This document shows, piece by piece, positions 54,234-62,570 of a stretch of 64,000 nucleotides of DNA (position 1 is the first letter of the stretch; each line of letters opens with the position of its first letter). The position numbers and the translations under genes were made by a program. The DNA comes from a virus. The notes under the pieces were generated by a model. The model worked only from the letters and a program-made list of their open reading frames with translations, did no database searches and had not been told where the DNA came from. Location of the stretch: positions 32,001 to 96,000 of the IMG/VR virus record IMGVR_UViG_3300048592_001371; one strand, given 5' to 3'.

Positions 54234-55268
54234 ATGACTATGTGGACAGAAGGTATTGCGATCGGTGACTTGCACACCGACAAAGCCAACTTGGCTAAGT
54301 ATTTCGACGATCCATTAGCCCTGCAAATGAAGGCCGTCGACAAGCGTCTCCAATACGCATTGGGGCGCGGAATCCGCTACGTCCTCTTCTTGGGCGACAT
54401 CTGTGAATACGTCCAGATGTCGGAAGCGGCTCGCGTCGCTTTCCTGCGCCTACTCAAGAAGTATGATGGGAGGCTAGAAATCTACATCATTCTCGGCAAT
54501 CACGACTACGCAGAGAGTGGGGTTCATAGTCTGCTATCCTTCATCGAGATGTGCCGACATGGTATGTTTGAGACCGTTCACGTCTTCGACACGCCTCAGA
54601 TTGTAGAGCTTGGAAAAGTGCCGTTTCACTTCTTGCCCTACCCACATACCAAACCCTTGGACAAATCGCCGGGGGTTTGCGTAGCACACTACGAGGTACG
54701 TGGAGCCAAGCGGGACAACGGTCGTATCATCAAGGAAGGGGACACACCAGAATTCAAAAGGCACATGTTCATACAGGGACATTTGCATACGCCTCAGGTA
54801 GTGGGAAGACACGTCTACGCAGGTACTCTGTATCAGATGTCCTTTGGCGAAACGCTCGACAAAGGCTTTCTACGCTTCCGTTGTCGGATAGTAGACGGAC
54901 AGTTGGAATTCAAGCATAAACACGTATCAATCGAGCCTGAGTTCAAGCTTGTAAATTTGGTAGTAGAGGACAAACAGGATCTGAAGAAGATAACGAGTGA
55001 TCCGACTACCCGATACAAACTCTTTGTCCAGGAGGACGTCTCGATCCCGAACGACTTCCTGTTAAAGCACACAAACATTGTGAACCGTTTGTCGTTCTCT
55101 TCGCAGGAAGAACTCCAGGCCTTGGAGAACGAAGAATTTGCACTAGAGACACAGTCAATAGAGCTGTCTCATGAGAGGTTGCTGCCCAATTTTTTGAAGA
55201 AGAAGTTGGGACTAGGCAAGCCGCAGATCAACCGAGCACTTGAGCTGTTGGACAGGTTCAAAAAATGA
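54234..55268 (+). CDS. sbcD: SbcD/Mre11-like metallophosphoesterase nuclease
   Basis: GDLH, LGDI, LGNHD, GHLH and Y.G...Q.SFGE motifs. Confidence 0.85.
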   Translation: MTMWTEGIAIGDLHTDKANLAKYFDDPLALQMKAVDKRLQYALGRGIRYVLFLGDICEYVQMSEAARVAFLRLLKKYDGRLEIYIILGNHDYAESGVHSLLSFIEMCRHGMFETVHVFDTPQIVELGKVPFHFLPYPHTKPLDKSPGVCVAHYEVRGAKRDNGRIIKEGDTPEFKRHMFIQGHLHTPQVVGRHVYAGTLYQMSFGETLDKGFLRFRCRIVDGQLEFKHKHVSIEPEFKLVNLVVEDKQDLKKITSDPTTRYKLFVQEDVSIPNDFLLKHTNIVNRLSFSSQEELQALENEEFALETQSIELSHERLLPNFLKKKLGLGKPQINRALELLDRFKK

Positions 55269-55930
55269 AAACCATCTCGGTACAGGTAGGAACGCGTACC
55301 TTTCAATTGGAGCGTTCTGATCCTGTCAGCGTAATCGGTGATGAGGAGTTAGACCATCACCTGTACCATCTTGGGAGTGTGTGCTGGCGTTTCTTCAGTT
55401 CCTATATCGATCAGTTGTCGAAGAAGATTCTGGATGGGACGTTGAAGTCGAATAGCATCTATAGTGAGGCTCTTGAAGACGTTAGGACTTTGGTAGAGAA
55501 ACCGGACATAGCAGACACACTTTCTCGCTACGAAGTGCTGTTCCAGTATCGTCGCCTTATGCGACTGGTCAATCAAATAGATTGGTCCGGTGCCGAATAT
55601 TTGGAACCAGGAAGTGTTACGCGTGATTTGGTATCCCGGGTAGACACCTACTTTAATCAAGCGCGTACCGATCAACATTTTGTGTTCTTGAACGTGCTGC
55701 AGAGCAAACGCGTCCCCAAGCAGTTGATCGATCTGTTAGATGCTCCAAGGGTGGTGGCGGTAACGGCTAAGAAAAGGCGTTTGACTACTGAGCCAGCCTT
55801 GGGAGTAGAGCTGACCGTTTATACCGCCATTGAAGGATCGGATGACGACTTGGGTCAGATCGATAGCGTATTCCTGCTGCGTCAAGGACTGGATGGCTAT
55901 CAAGGCATGCCGTTGGAGCAACACCTGTGA
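55265..55930 (+). CDS. Hypothetical protein
   Basis: ATGA overlap; 221 aa. Confidence 0.6.
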   Translation: MKTISVQVGTRTFQLERSDPVSVIGDEELDHHLYHLGSVCWRFFSSYIDQLSKKILDGTLKSNSIYSEALEDVRTLVEKPDIADTLSRYEVLFQYRRLMRLVNQIDWSGAEYLEPGSVTRDLVSRVDTYFNQARTDQHFVFLNVLQSKRVPKQLIDLLDAPRVVAVTAKKRRLTTEPALGVELTVYTAIEGSDDDLGQIDSVFLLRQGLDGYQGMPLEQHL

Positions 55931-55951
55931 AGTGTAAATAGACTGGACACG

Positions 55952-57046
55952 TTGATGGCAACAGACAAAACAATGAAAGCAGTACAGCCTTGGGCAACCA
56001 AGTATCGTCCGCGCAAGTTCGGAGAAGTCGTAGGACAAGACGACGTAGTGATGCGTCTTCGCGGTATCATCAAAAGCCGGGCCTTGCCGAACGCCATTCT
56101 GTTCGCAGGCCCGTCTGGCTGCGGCAAAACTACGTTGGCTCGCATTTTTGCTCGCTATGTGAATTGCGACGAAGGAACGCTCTGCGGCAAATGTCCGTCC
56201 TGTTTGGAGCCGTTTGACAACCACCCAGATATTCTGGAGACGAATGCCGCCGATGCACGGGGTATTGACGACATCCGCAATCTGATACGGCAAGCGCAAT
56301 TCAAACCGCGGAACCATATTCGGGTGTTCATCATTGACGAAACGCATCAGCTGACGCCGCAGGCCCAGCAAGCGTTCCTCAAACCTTTGGAACAGCCACC
56401 GTCGCATACGCTGTATATCTTCTGCACTACGGATCCGCAAAAGTTCACGGACGCAATGTTGAACCGTTGTCAGAGGATGGAAATTCTCCTACCGTCGAAA
56501 GAAGCTCTGATCGAACGGTTGAAGAAGATTGCGGAGAAGGAAAGCCTCAAGATTGAGAATAGCGTGTATGCCGCGGCTGCGGAGTATTCCGGCGGTCACG
56601 TTCGCAGCGCTATTAACATCCTGGAGGGAGCGGCGCAGATGTTGCGCGCTGATCCGAAGATCGAGACGAAGAAGCTCGTTAAGAAGTTGGCTGCGAATAC
56701 CGAGCCCGAATCAGCAATGGTCGCTGTCAAGATATTGCTTGGCCTGTATCTTGGCAAGAAGAAACCTGTTGTAGCAGCAATCTTCGATTGCAGCAATGCG
56801 ATCGAGTTGCTGAATTTGTGTCTGCGTATGAACCAATACCTGATTGGTACAGAGTATGCGCCTGAGAGCCGCAACATTTGGCATACCGCAGATTTGAAAC
56901 GCTTCAAGGTGCTTGTGAAAGACAAGTGCCCTGACGTTTCTGTTTCGCACTTCCTTGAGGTGCACAAAAGGTTGGTAGACCTGCGAGCGGAGTTGCAAAA
57001 CTTTGCTGTCGCGGAAATTCCCTTACTCTTAGCGAGGCTAACATGA
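55952..57046 (+). CDS. dnaX: Clamp-loader subunit (DNA Pol III gamma/tau-like)
   Basis: KYRP..F.EVVGQ, GPSGCGKTTLAR, CGKC.SC, IIDETH.L...AQ.AFLK.LE.PP and RCQ. Confidence 0.9.
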   Translation: MMATDKTMKAVQPWATKYRPRKFGEVVGQDDVVMRLRGIIKSRALPNAILFAGPSGCGKTTLARIFARYVNCDEGTLCGKCPSCLEPFDNHPDILETNAADARGIDDIRNLIRQAQFKPRNHIRVFIIDETHQLTPQAQQAFLKPLEQPPSHTLYIFCTTDPQKFTDAMLNRCQRMEILLPSKEALIERLKKIAEKESLKIENSVYAAAAEYSGGHVRSAINILEGAAQMLRADPKIETKKLVKKLAANTEPESAMVAVKILLGLYLGKKKPVVAAIFDCSNAIELLNLCLRMNQYLIGTEYAPESRNIWHTADLKRFKVLVKDKCPDVSVSHFLEVHKRLVDLRAELQNFAVAEIPLLLARLT

Positions 57047-57435
57047 TCATGACCACCTTCAACAAGGCTGGTAGCAAAAAGGTTCGGACAATTGGTTTGA
57101 CCAAGCTGGCAATCTCTGCCAAGGCCACCGTAGAACAGGACGCACTGCCTGCCAATAACTTCGACGTTACGGCCTCGAAGCTCCGTTTGGCCGAAGACGT
57201 GCTGGCCGCAGCTTGCAACAGCCCGTGGCTCGACAAGGCACCCTCCCGGGCTGTTGCAATGGAAAGACTCACAGAGGAGCTGCGTCTGTACTTAACGCAG
57301 CCGCGCTTCGATCATCTGAGCCTCCAAATGGAGCATGAGAAGCTCAAGCAAGAACACGAGGCTCTCAAGCGCAGCCACATATCCCTCAAGGGCGCCTTCA
57401 CCAAGCAACAGAAAAAGAGCGAGGCCGCGAAATGA
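57043..57435 (+). CDS. Hypothetical protein
   Basis: Coupled ORF in operon. Confidence 0.55.
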   Translation: MIMTTFNKAGSKKVRTIGLTKLAISAKATVEQDALPANNFDVTASKLRLAEDVLAAACNSPWLDKAPSRAVAMERLTEELRLYLTQPRFDHLSLQMEHEKLKQEHEALKRSHISLKGAFTKQQKKSEAAK

Positions 57436-57923
57436 GCGAGGCGATCGGACAAACCTCAGCACCTGCTCTCACAGGTCCCAAGACTCTTGAACAGCGCGTT
57501 CGAGTACGTGTCCAGGAGTCGATCAACAGCGTTCTGGAAGACGAGGAACTGAACAAGCTCGTGGACGATGAGCTGGTCAAACTTCTCAAGGGACACACGA
57601 TACCCGCACGTGACAGTTGGACCAAACCGGTGGAGCATCCACCTGTGCTTCCCCTCTGGGTGAAATCCGAAGCCGAAGCCCAGATGAAAGCGCGTCTTGC
57701 GGCGCGAATCACGGAGCTGCTCAACGCACCTGAATTCCAGATAAATCGTTCCTACGATGGGTCGTCCTCGAATCCCTTGATCGAATTCGGTCCCGAACTG
57801 GAGAAGGCGTTCCGAGCAATCGCTCCTTTACTGGTGCAGAACATGTTCGGAGAGCTGATTGCGTTCTCTATTCAGCAAATGAAGAACGCGCTCATGAATC
57901 AGAATTCGGGTCGAGGTTACTGA
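57432..57923 (+). CDS. Hypothetical protein
   Basis: ATGA overlap; 163 aa. Confidence 0.6.
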   Translation: MSEAIGQTSAPALTGPKTLEQRVRVRVQESINSVLEDEELNKLVDDELVKLLKGHTIPARDSWTKPVEHPPVLPLWVKSEAEAQMKARLAARITELLNAPEFQINRSYDGSSSNPLIEFGPELEKAFRAIAPLLVQNMFGELIAFSIQQMKNALMNQNSGRGY

Positions 57924-57924
57924 G

Positions 57925-58344
57925 ATGGAGACTCTGATGCGTTCGTCACTGCTGTCCTGGTTCCACAAACTCCTGTACGGGAAACGCGAGCAAAAACAGT
58001 TGCCACGTACCTTGGATAAAATCCTGAACATCGACGTGGTACGTGGACATGACAGTCTGGACGTGCATCTGGACAAACCACTACGCATCTATGCACCGCT
58101 AATCGTACTCCGTTCGACCGAGGCCGGACTATGGTTGAACCCACAGATAGACAACATTCCGGCATTGGTAGAACGATTCGAGCGTGAGCAGGACAGACAC
58201 CGAGCCGGAAATTTCGTGCACGTTCCATTCAAGCAAATGCTGGCCCACAAGAGGGCTCACCAGTCAAGCGCCATGTTCAAAGCGGAGGCCTATCGGAAAA
58301 AGAAAGGCTGTGGGAAATGCGGCGGTTGTTCAGGTTGTCACTGA
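57925..58344 (+). CDS. Hypothetical protein with a Cys-rich C-terminus
   Basis: Ends in KKKGCGKCGGCSGCH. Confidence 0.55.
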   Translation: METLMRSSLLSWFHKLLYGKREQKQLPRTLDKILNIDVVRGHDSLDVHLDKPLRIYAPLIVLRSTEAGLWLNPQIDNIPALVERFEREQDRHRAGNFVHVPFKQMLAHKRAHQSSAMFKAEAYRKKKGCGKCGGCSGCH

Positions 58345-58353
58345 GGAGAAACC

Positions 58354-58581
58354 ATGGAAGAGATCGTCGAAGTTTTACGAGGTATCCAAACGTCCTTGGA
58401 TCAACAGAATCAGATCCTCGAACGCCAGACGCAAGTTCTGGAGAAGATCAATTTCTTCGATCATGAATTGGCCCGAGCGCAGCAGATGGTTCATCTGAAA
58501 CGCAATCCCGATCTGATGAAGGCAGTCATAGAGGAAATGCAGACTCCCACAATACTTCCTGATTCAGGACCGCCGAAATGA
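58354..58581 (+). CDS. Hypothetical protein
   Basis: GAGGAG RBS; 75 aa. Confidence 0.6.
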   Translation: MEEIVEVLRGIQTSLDQQNQILERQTQVLEKINFFDHELARAQQMVHLKRNPDLMKAVIEEMQTPTILPDSGPPK

Positions 58582-58859
58582 TTCCGGTTGTCCGTTTGGG
58601 GGACCTATCCTCGGGCCATTGTTATTCCCCACGCCCGAACGACGAAGCCTCGCCCGACGTATTCGCCAACAGCATTCCAGTGCATCGACAGGGTGACCAC
58701 TGGATGACTCATTGCTGTGGAGACGATTGTCACGATGGACGATTGGCTTCCGGGTCGCCCGACACCTTCACCAATGGAAAGCAAACTTGCCGGATCGGTG
58801 ATCCGGTGAATTGTGGGGATTTCGCCAATACTGGCTCACCTGACGTTTTCGTGAACTAA
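58578..58859 (+). CDS. PAAR-repeat spike tip protein
   Basis: VVRLGD...GH, VHRQGD...H, GS..F.NGK...RIGD.V.CG....GS.DVF. Confidence 0.9.
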   Translation: MIPVVRLGDLSSGHCYSPRPNDEASPDVFANSIPVHRQGDHWMTHCCGDDCHDGRLASGSPDTFTNGKQTCRIGDPVNCGDFANTGSPDVFVN

Positions 58860-58860
58860 C

Positions 58861-59256
58861 ATGGACAAAGAACAGATAATCGACAAAGGCGTGGTAGCAA
58901 CAGCAATCCTGACCAATGGCATTGAGGTCATAGGCCTCTTCTTCAACATTGTGTTCGAGGATGGCTACTGGAGGTTGATCGATGAAGAGAATCGTCTGAT
59001 CCGCATTGAGCGGCCCCTACGTCTGCTTACTGGAATCATACTCGCTCCGCACGAGAACGGTCTGGTGCCGCAACCCGTCGCTAACCCGGCTCCTATGTTG
59101 TCCATGGGAATGAATATCAACGAATTCTCCTTGGACTTCTCTGAGTTCTTCATCATGATGCCGGCCAATCCCGGTGCCGAGAAGATGTACCTTCAACTTA
59201 CTTCCGGGATTGCAATGCCGAATGCACAGCAAGCGTCCTCCATACTTCGGAGCTAA
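58861..59256 (+). CDS. Hypothetical protein
   Basis: 131-aa ORF in operon. Confidence 0.6.
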   Translation: MDKEQIIDKGVVATAILTNGIEVIGLFFNIVFEDGYWRLIDEENRLIRIERPLRLLTGIILAPHENGLVPQPVANPAPMLSMGMNINEFSLDFSEFFIMMPANPGAEKMYLQLTSGIAMPNAQQASSILRS

Positions 59257-59259
59257 GTC

Positions 59260-59865
59260 ATGCGCGTGATAGGGATTCTTGGCGAGAAAGGTAGCGGCAA
59301 GTCTACCGTGGCGAAGATTATCACTCGGCTACTCCCTTGTAGGATGTATGCCTTTGCAGACCCTCTCAAGGAACTGTGCCAAGACATCTATTGCCTTCCG
59401 CACGAATGCTTCTACGGGGACGATGACCAAAAGAACAAGGTCGTGGAAGAGATAGGTGTATCCGGCCGTCACATACTCCAATTCATCGGCACAGAGGTGT
59501 TCCGCAACATAGATGAACATACGTGGATCAACTATCTGGAAAGGGAGTTGCAAAAGCTCAGTGTCGAGAACCTTCGACCCATCCCGCGCATTCTGCGTCT
59601 GCTAGGGATCAAGAAGAAAATGATCCACGCCGTCATTCAAGACGTTCGCTTCCTCAACGAAGCCGAAATGCTGCTATTCCTGCGCTGGTCTTGCCCTAGT
59701 ATCGACACCAGCGTTGTCTACGTCACCGGCCGCGGCGGTAGTGACGACAAACACGCCTCTGAGGTTGAGGTTCGCAAGACGGCTGCTAAGTCCACACATT
59801 GCATCAAGAACAATGGAACCCTTGCGGATCTTGAGAACAAGGTCAAATACACCTTGGATATCTGA
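59260..59865 (+). CDS. Deoxynucleoside monophosphate kinase
   Basis: IGILGEKGSGKST, FADPLK, R.ILQ.IGTE..R, DVRF.NEA and H.SE. Confidence 0.88.
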   Translation: MRVIGILGEKGSGKSTVAKIITRLLPCRMYAFADPLKELCQDIYCLPHECFYGDDDQKNKVVEEIGVSGRHILQFIGTEVFRNIDEHTWINYLERELQKLSVENLRPIPRILRLLGIKKKMIHAVIQDVRFLNEAEMLLFLRWSCPSIDTSVVYVTGRGGSDDKHASEVEVRKTAAKSTHCIKNNGTLADLENKVKYTLDI

Positions 59866-59866
59866 C

Positions 59867-60091
59867 ATGGGCGATGCCGCGGACGACTGTTTCGACCTAG
59901 CTCTGCAACAGCAAGTAGAACATGACACTGACGTGGCCTACTGGATGCAGCAAAAGGACTCGGTACTGAAATTGGCTACTGCCAAGTCTCGCAAGCCAAT
60001 AATCGTTTCGATCCGCCAGCAAAGAAATCTCAGTCACAAACAACGCCTGGTCCTGGCGCGCTACATAGCGAACAAACAGGACGATTCTTAG
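59867..60091 (+). CDS. Hypothetical protein
   Basis: ATG 59867 (MGDAADD...) fills the gap between genes. Confidence 0.5.
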   Translation: MGDAADDCFDLALQQQVEHDTDVAYWMQQKDSVLKLATAKSRKPIIVSIRQQRNLSHKQRLVLARYIANKQDDS

Positions 60092-60100
60092 GAGAATAAA

Positions 60101-61474
60101 ATGCAAGAACACGAAGTCACGATTCTGCCGTCCGAGTATCGCTCCGATCCCGAGGTAGTGGCCATGCTGCAAGCCTTCTATTCCCGGTCGATCGAGGGCA
60201 TTAAGCCTCGTTTGGAACGTCTTGGTCCGGATCTGGGAGGCGTCAAGAAGAGCCTCAATCAGTACATGGTCAACTATGGACACGCAAGCATCGGCGACTG
60301 CGCTACCGTCCCTATCTTCCTCGAAAACGTCTCCATCCTAGCAGCGAAGGCCATCCAGGACAGCCCGCTCTTCAATGGCCAGGAATGCAGCACACGTTAC
60401 ATTGAGTTGAGCGGGAAGTGCTACAGCACGGGTGCCGTCATGTCGAAATTCCAGAGAGACTGGCTGGCGATGTATCACGAGACGCTCGAAGCCCTGATCG
60501 AAGGAATCACGCAGAAGCACCCTATCACGGACTATTTCGAGAATCCTACCGAAGCCGAGTCGAAGAAATACCAGAACACTGTCAAGGCCAAAGCCTTCGA
60601 CATAGCCCGCGCTTTCATCCCGGCGGGTGCGTGTACGAATACGAGCTGGAACGCTACTCTTCGCAAGGCCAAAGAGCATTGCCTGTTCCTGATGGGACAT
60701 CCTCTGGTCGAGGTTCGCTCTATCGCTGTGTCCACGCTCTCGCGTCTCGCAAGCGAGTTCCCGCATTCCTTCCTGTCGCAAGGAGAGCTTCTCACTAAGG
60801 AAGATACCGAAGTCAGCGCCTGGCACGTTGCAAATCCCGAGCTGTATTATCAGACGGACAGTTCGCTGACCAGCCTTACAGACCGCGCCGTTCTCTTCTC
60901 TGGCAAATTGTCAGATACGGTTAGGAACCTTATCACTTCCATGCCCCGCAAGAGAACATATCTGCCACAGGCGTTTAACCACGAGGTGGAAGTCGAGCTC
61001 CGTGGGACGATAGACTATGGTTGTTGGCGTGAGCTTCAGCGGCACCGCAATGGAGTGTGTCGCAATCCGCTGCTTACCCCACACATGGGAATTCACAACT
61101 GGTACTACTCGCAGCTTGAAGAGTATCTTCCAGAGCAGAAAATGGAAGACCTTCGGTCGAGGATAGCCTTCCTCTTCCTAGAGATAATGGACACCCTCAA
61201 GTACGACGACTACGGCCGACAGTATGCCCTCCCTCTTGGGACAGTTGTCCTGTTTAAGGTTCATTACGGTCTGTCCGAGATTTTGTATTTCTCTCGTCTG
61301 CGTTCCAGCACAACGGTACATCCCATTCTCAGGCGAATCACGCAGTTCCTGGCCCGAGAGTTTGAAACCAACTATGGCGTGTCCACAATGGCGGACATGT
61401 CCGAGGAAGCAAAGGGATTGAATCTGAAACGTGGTTCACAAACCATTGAAAAGAAGGAGACATCAAATGCCTAG
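60101..61474 (+). CDS. thyX: FAD-dependent thymidylate synthase (double-domain ThyX-like)
   Basis: YGHASI, QECSTRY, FDIARAF.P and RELQRHR motifs. Confidence 0.8.
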   Translation: MQEHEVTILPSEYRSDPEVVAMLQAFYSRSIEGIKPRLERLGPDLGGVKKSLNQYMVNYGHASIGDCATVPIFLENVSILAAKAIQDSPLFNGQECSTRYIELSGKCYSTGAVMSKFQRDWLAMYHETLEALIEGITQKHPITDYFENPTEAESKKYQNTVKAKAFDIARAFIPAGACTNTSWNATLRKAKEHCLFLMGHPLVEVRSIAVSTLSRLASEFPHSFLSQGELLTKEDTEVSAWHVANPELYYQTDSSLTSLTDRAVLFSGKLSDTVRNLITSMPRKRTYLPQAFNHEVEVELRGTIDYGCWRELQRHRNGVCRNPLLTPHMGIHNWYYSQLEEYLPEQKMEDLRSRIAFLFLEIMDTLKYDDYGRQYALPLGTVVLFKVHYGLSEILYFSRLRSSTTVHPILRRITQFLAREFETNYGVSTMADMSEEAKGLNLKRGSQTIEKKETSNA

Positions 61475-61988
61475 CAAGCAAGTCCGATCGCCGTATTGGG
61501 ATACGGAGAAGTACCCCTCGGTGTATGACGACGGACACCACGAGGTAAAGATCCTGAAGGTGATGTCGCGCCAGCACTACTTCCTGCGTCGTGAACGTGT
61601 CACGGGGGACTACCTGAATTCCCCAAAGGATCTTAGCCAATCCCGACCTCCGGTCGACCTCACGGTGGCCTACGATCTGAAAGGACGCTATCTGGGTAAT
61701 CCAGACACGGCTCTGGTCCTGTGTCGGGACCATGGCATAGAACAATTTGAGCTTGCTTCTCCGACCAACAAGACACTGTCCGTCGGATTCAGCCCTTCCA
61801 AGAATCGTTGGTTCGGCTGGTCGCATCGAGCGATTTGTGGCTTTAGCATAGGCGACAAATTGTTCGACGAAGAGGCCTACGCGACATTATCGGACAAGAC
61901 ACCTTTCCGAAACGCTGGTAAGACTACGATCCGAACCCTGGATCAGGCCAAACAAGCAGCCATCAATTTCGCCAAGTACATATCCTGA
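61467..61988 (+). CDS. Conserved hypothetical phage protein
   Basis: AGGAG RBS; SVGFS....WFGWSHRAI.GF motif. Confidence 0.65.
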   Translation: MPSKQVRSPYWDTEKYPSVYDDGHHEVKILKVMSRQHYFLRRERVTGDYLNSPKDLSQSRPPVDLTVAYDLKGRYLGNPDTALVLCRDHGIEQFELASPTNKTLSVGFSPSKNRWFGWSHRAICGFSIGDKLFDEEAYATLSDKTPFRNAGKTTIRTLDQAKQAAINFAKYIS

Positions 61989-61989
61989 C

Positions 61990-62559
61990 ATGAAAACCTT
62001 CCTTGACATCATTGACGAACACGGACCGGAGTTGTTCCGCTGTTACGCGATAGCCAATTTTGTTCCTACGTATCCGGACTTCATCAACGAATTCCACGGA
62101 CTTCTCGCAAATCAAACGCGCCGAATAGCGTGGTTCCGTGAGCACGACTTTTCCGATCCGCATTACTATCTGGCCCAGCCAATTACCGGCTTCAACGGTG
62201 GCAAGCCCGAGTGGCACACAAAGCTGGGAACAGTCGTCAAGTTAGCGGATCCGACGGGAGACCATGTACTCCCTCCGAGTACGCTCAGTCCGAAGCTGAT
62301 CGTCGCTATCGACTTCCTGTTGATTCTCAGTTCATTGGGCGTCATCTGGGACATGACGAATGGTCCGAGCGTGGGCGCGACGGCCGAAGTTTGTTTCGCA
62401 AACATTATGAACCGACACGTTCTCATGATACGCGGAGCCAATCAGCGCGTGTCTGCTTTCGCCGAGGCTATGTGTCAGAGCGTCGCGACTCCCAATCAGT
62501 TGATCGATCAGATCATCGCTGGTCAAACTCCGTTGACGGTAAATAGAGGAGACTCCTGA
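61990..62559 (+). CDS. Nucleoside 2-deoxyribosyltransferase-like protein
   Basis: YYLAQPITG...D...SVGATAEV.FA pattern of the NDT/Rcl family. Confidence 0.55.
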   Translation: MKTFLDIIDEHGPELFRCYAIANFVPTYPDFINEFHGLLANQTRRIAWFREHDFSDPHYYLAQPITGFNGGKPEWHTKLGTVVKLADPTGDHVLPPSTLSPKLIVAIDFLLILSSLGVIWDMTNGPSVGATAEVCFANIMNRHVLMIRGANQRVSAFAEAMCQSVATPNQLIDQIIAGQTPLTVNRGDS

Positions 62560-62570
62560 TAGGAACGTAA

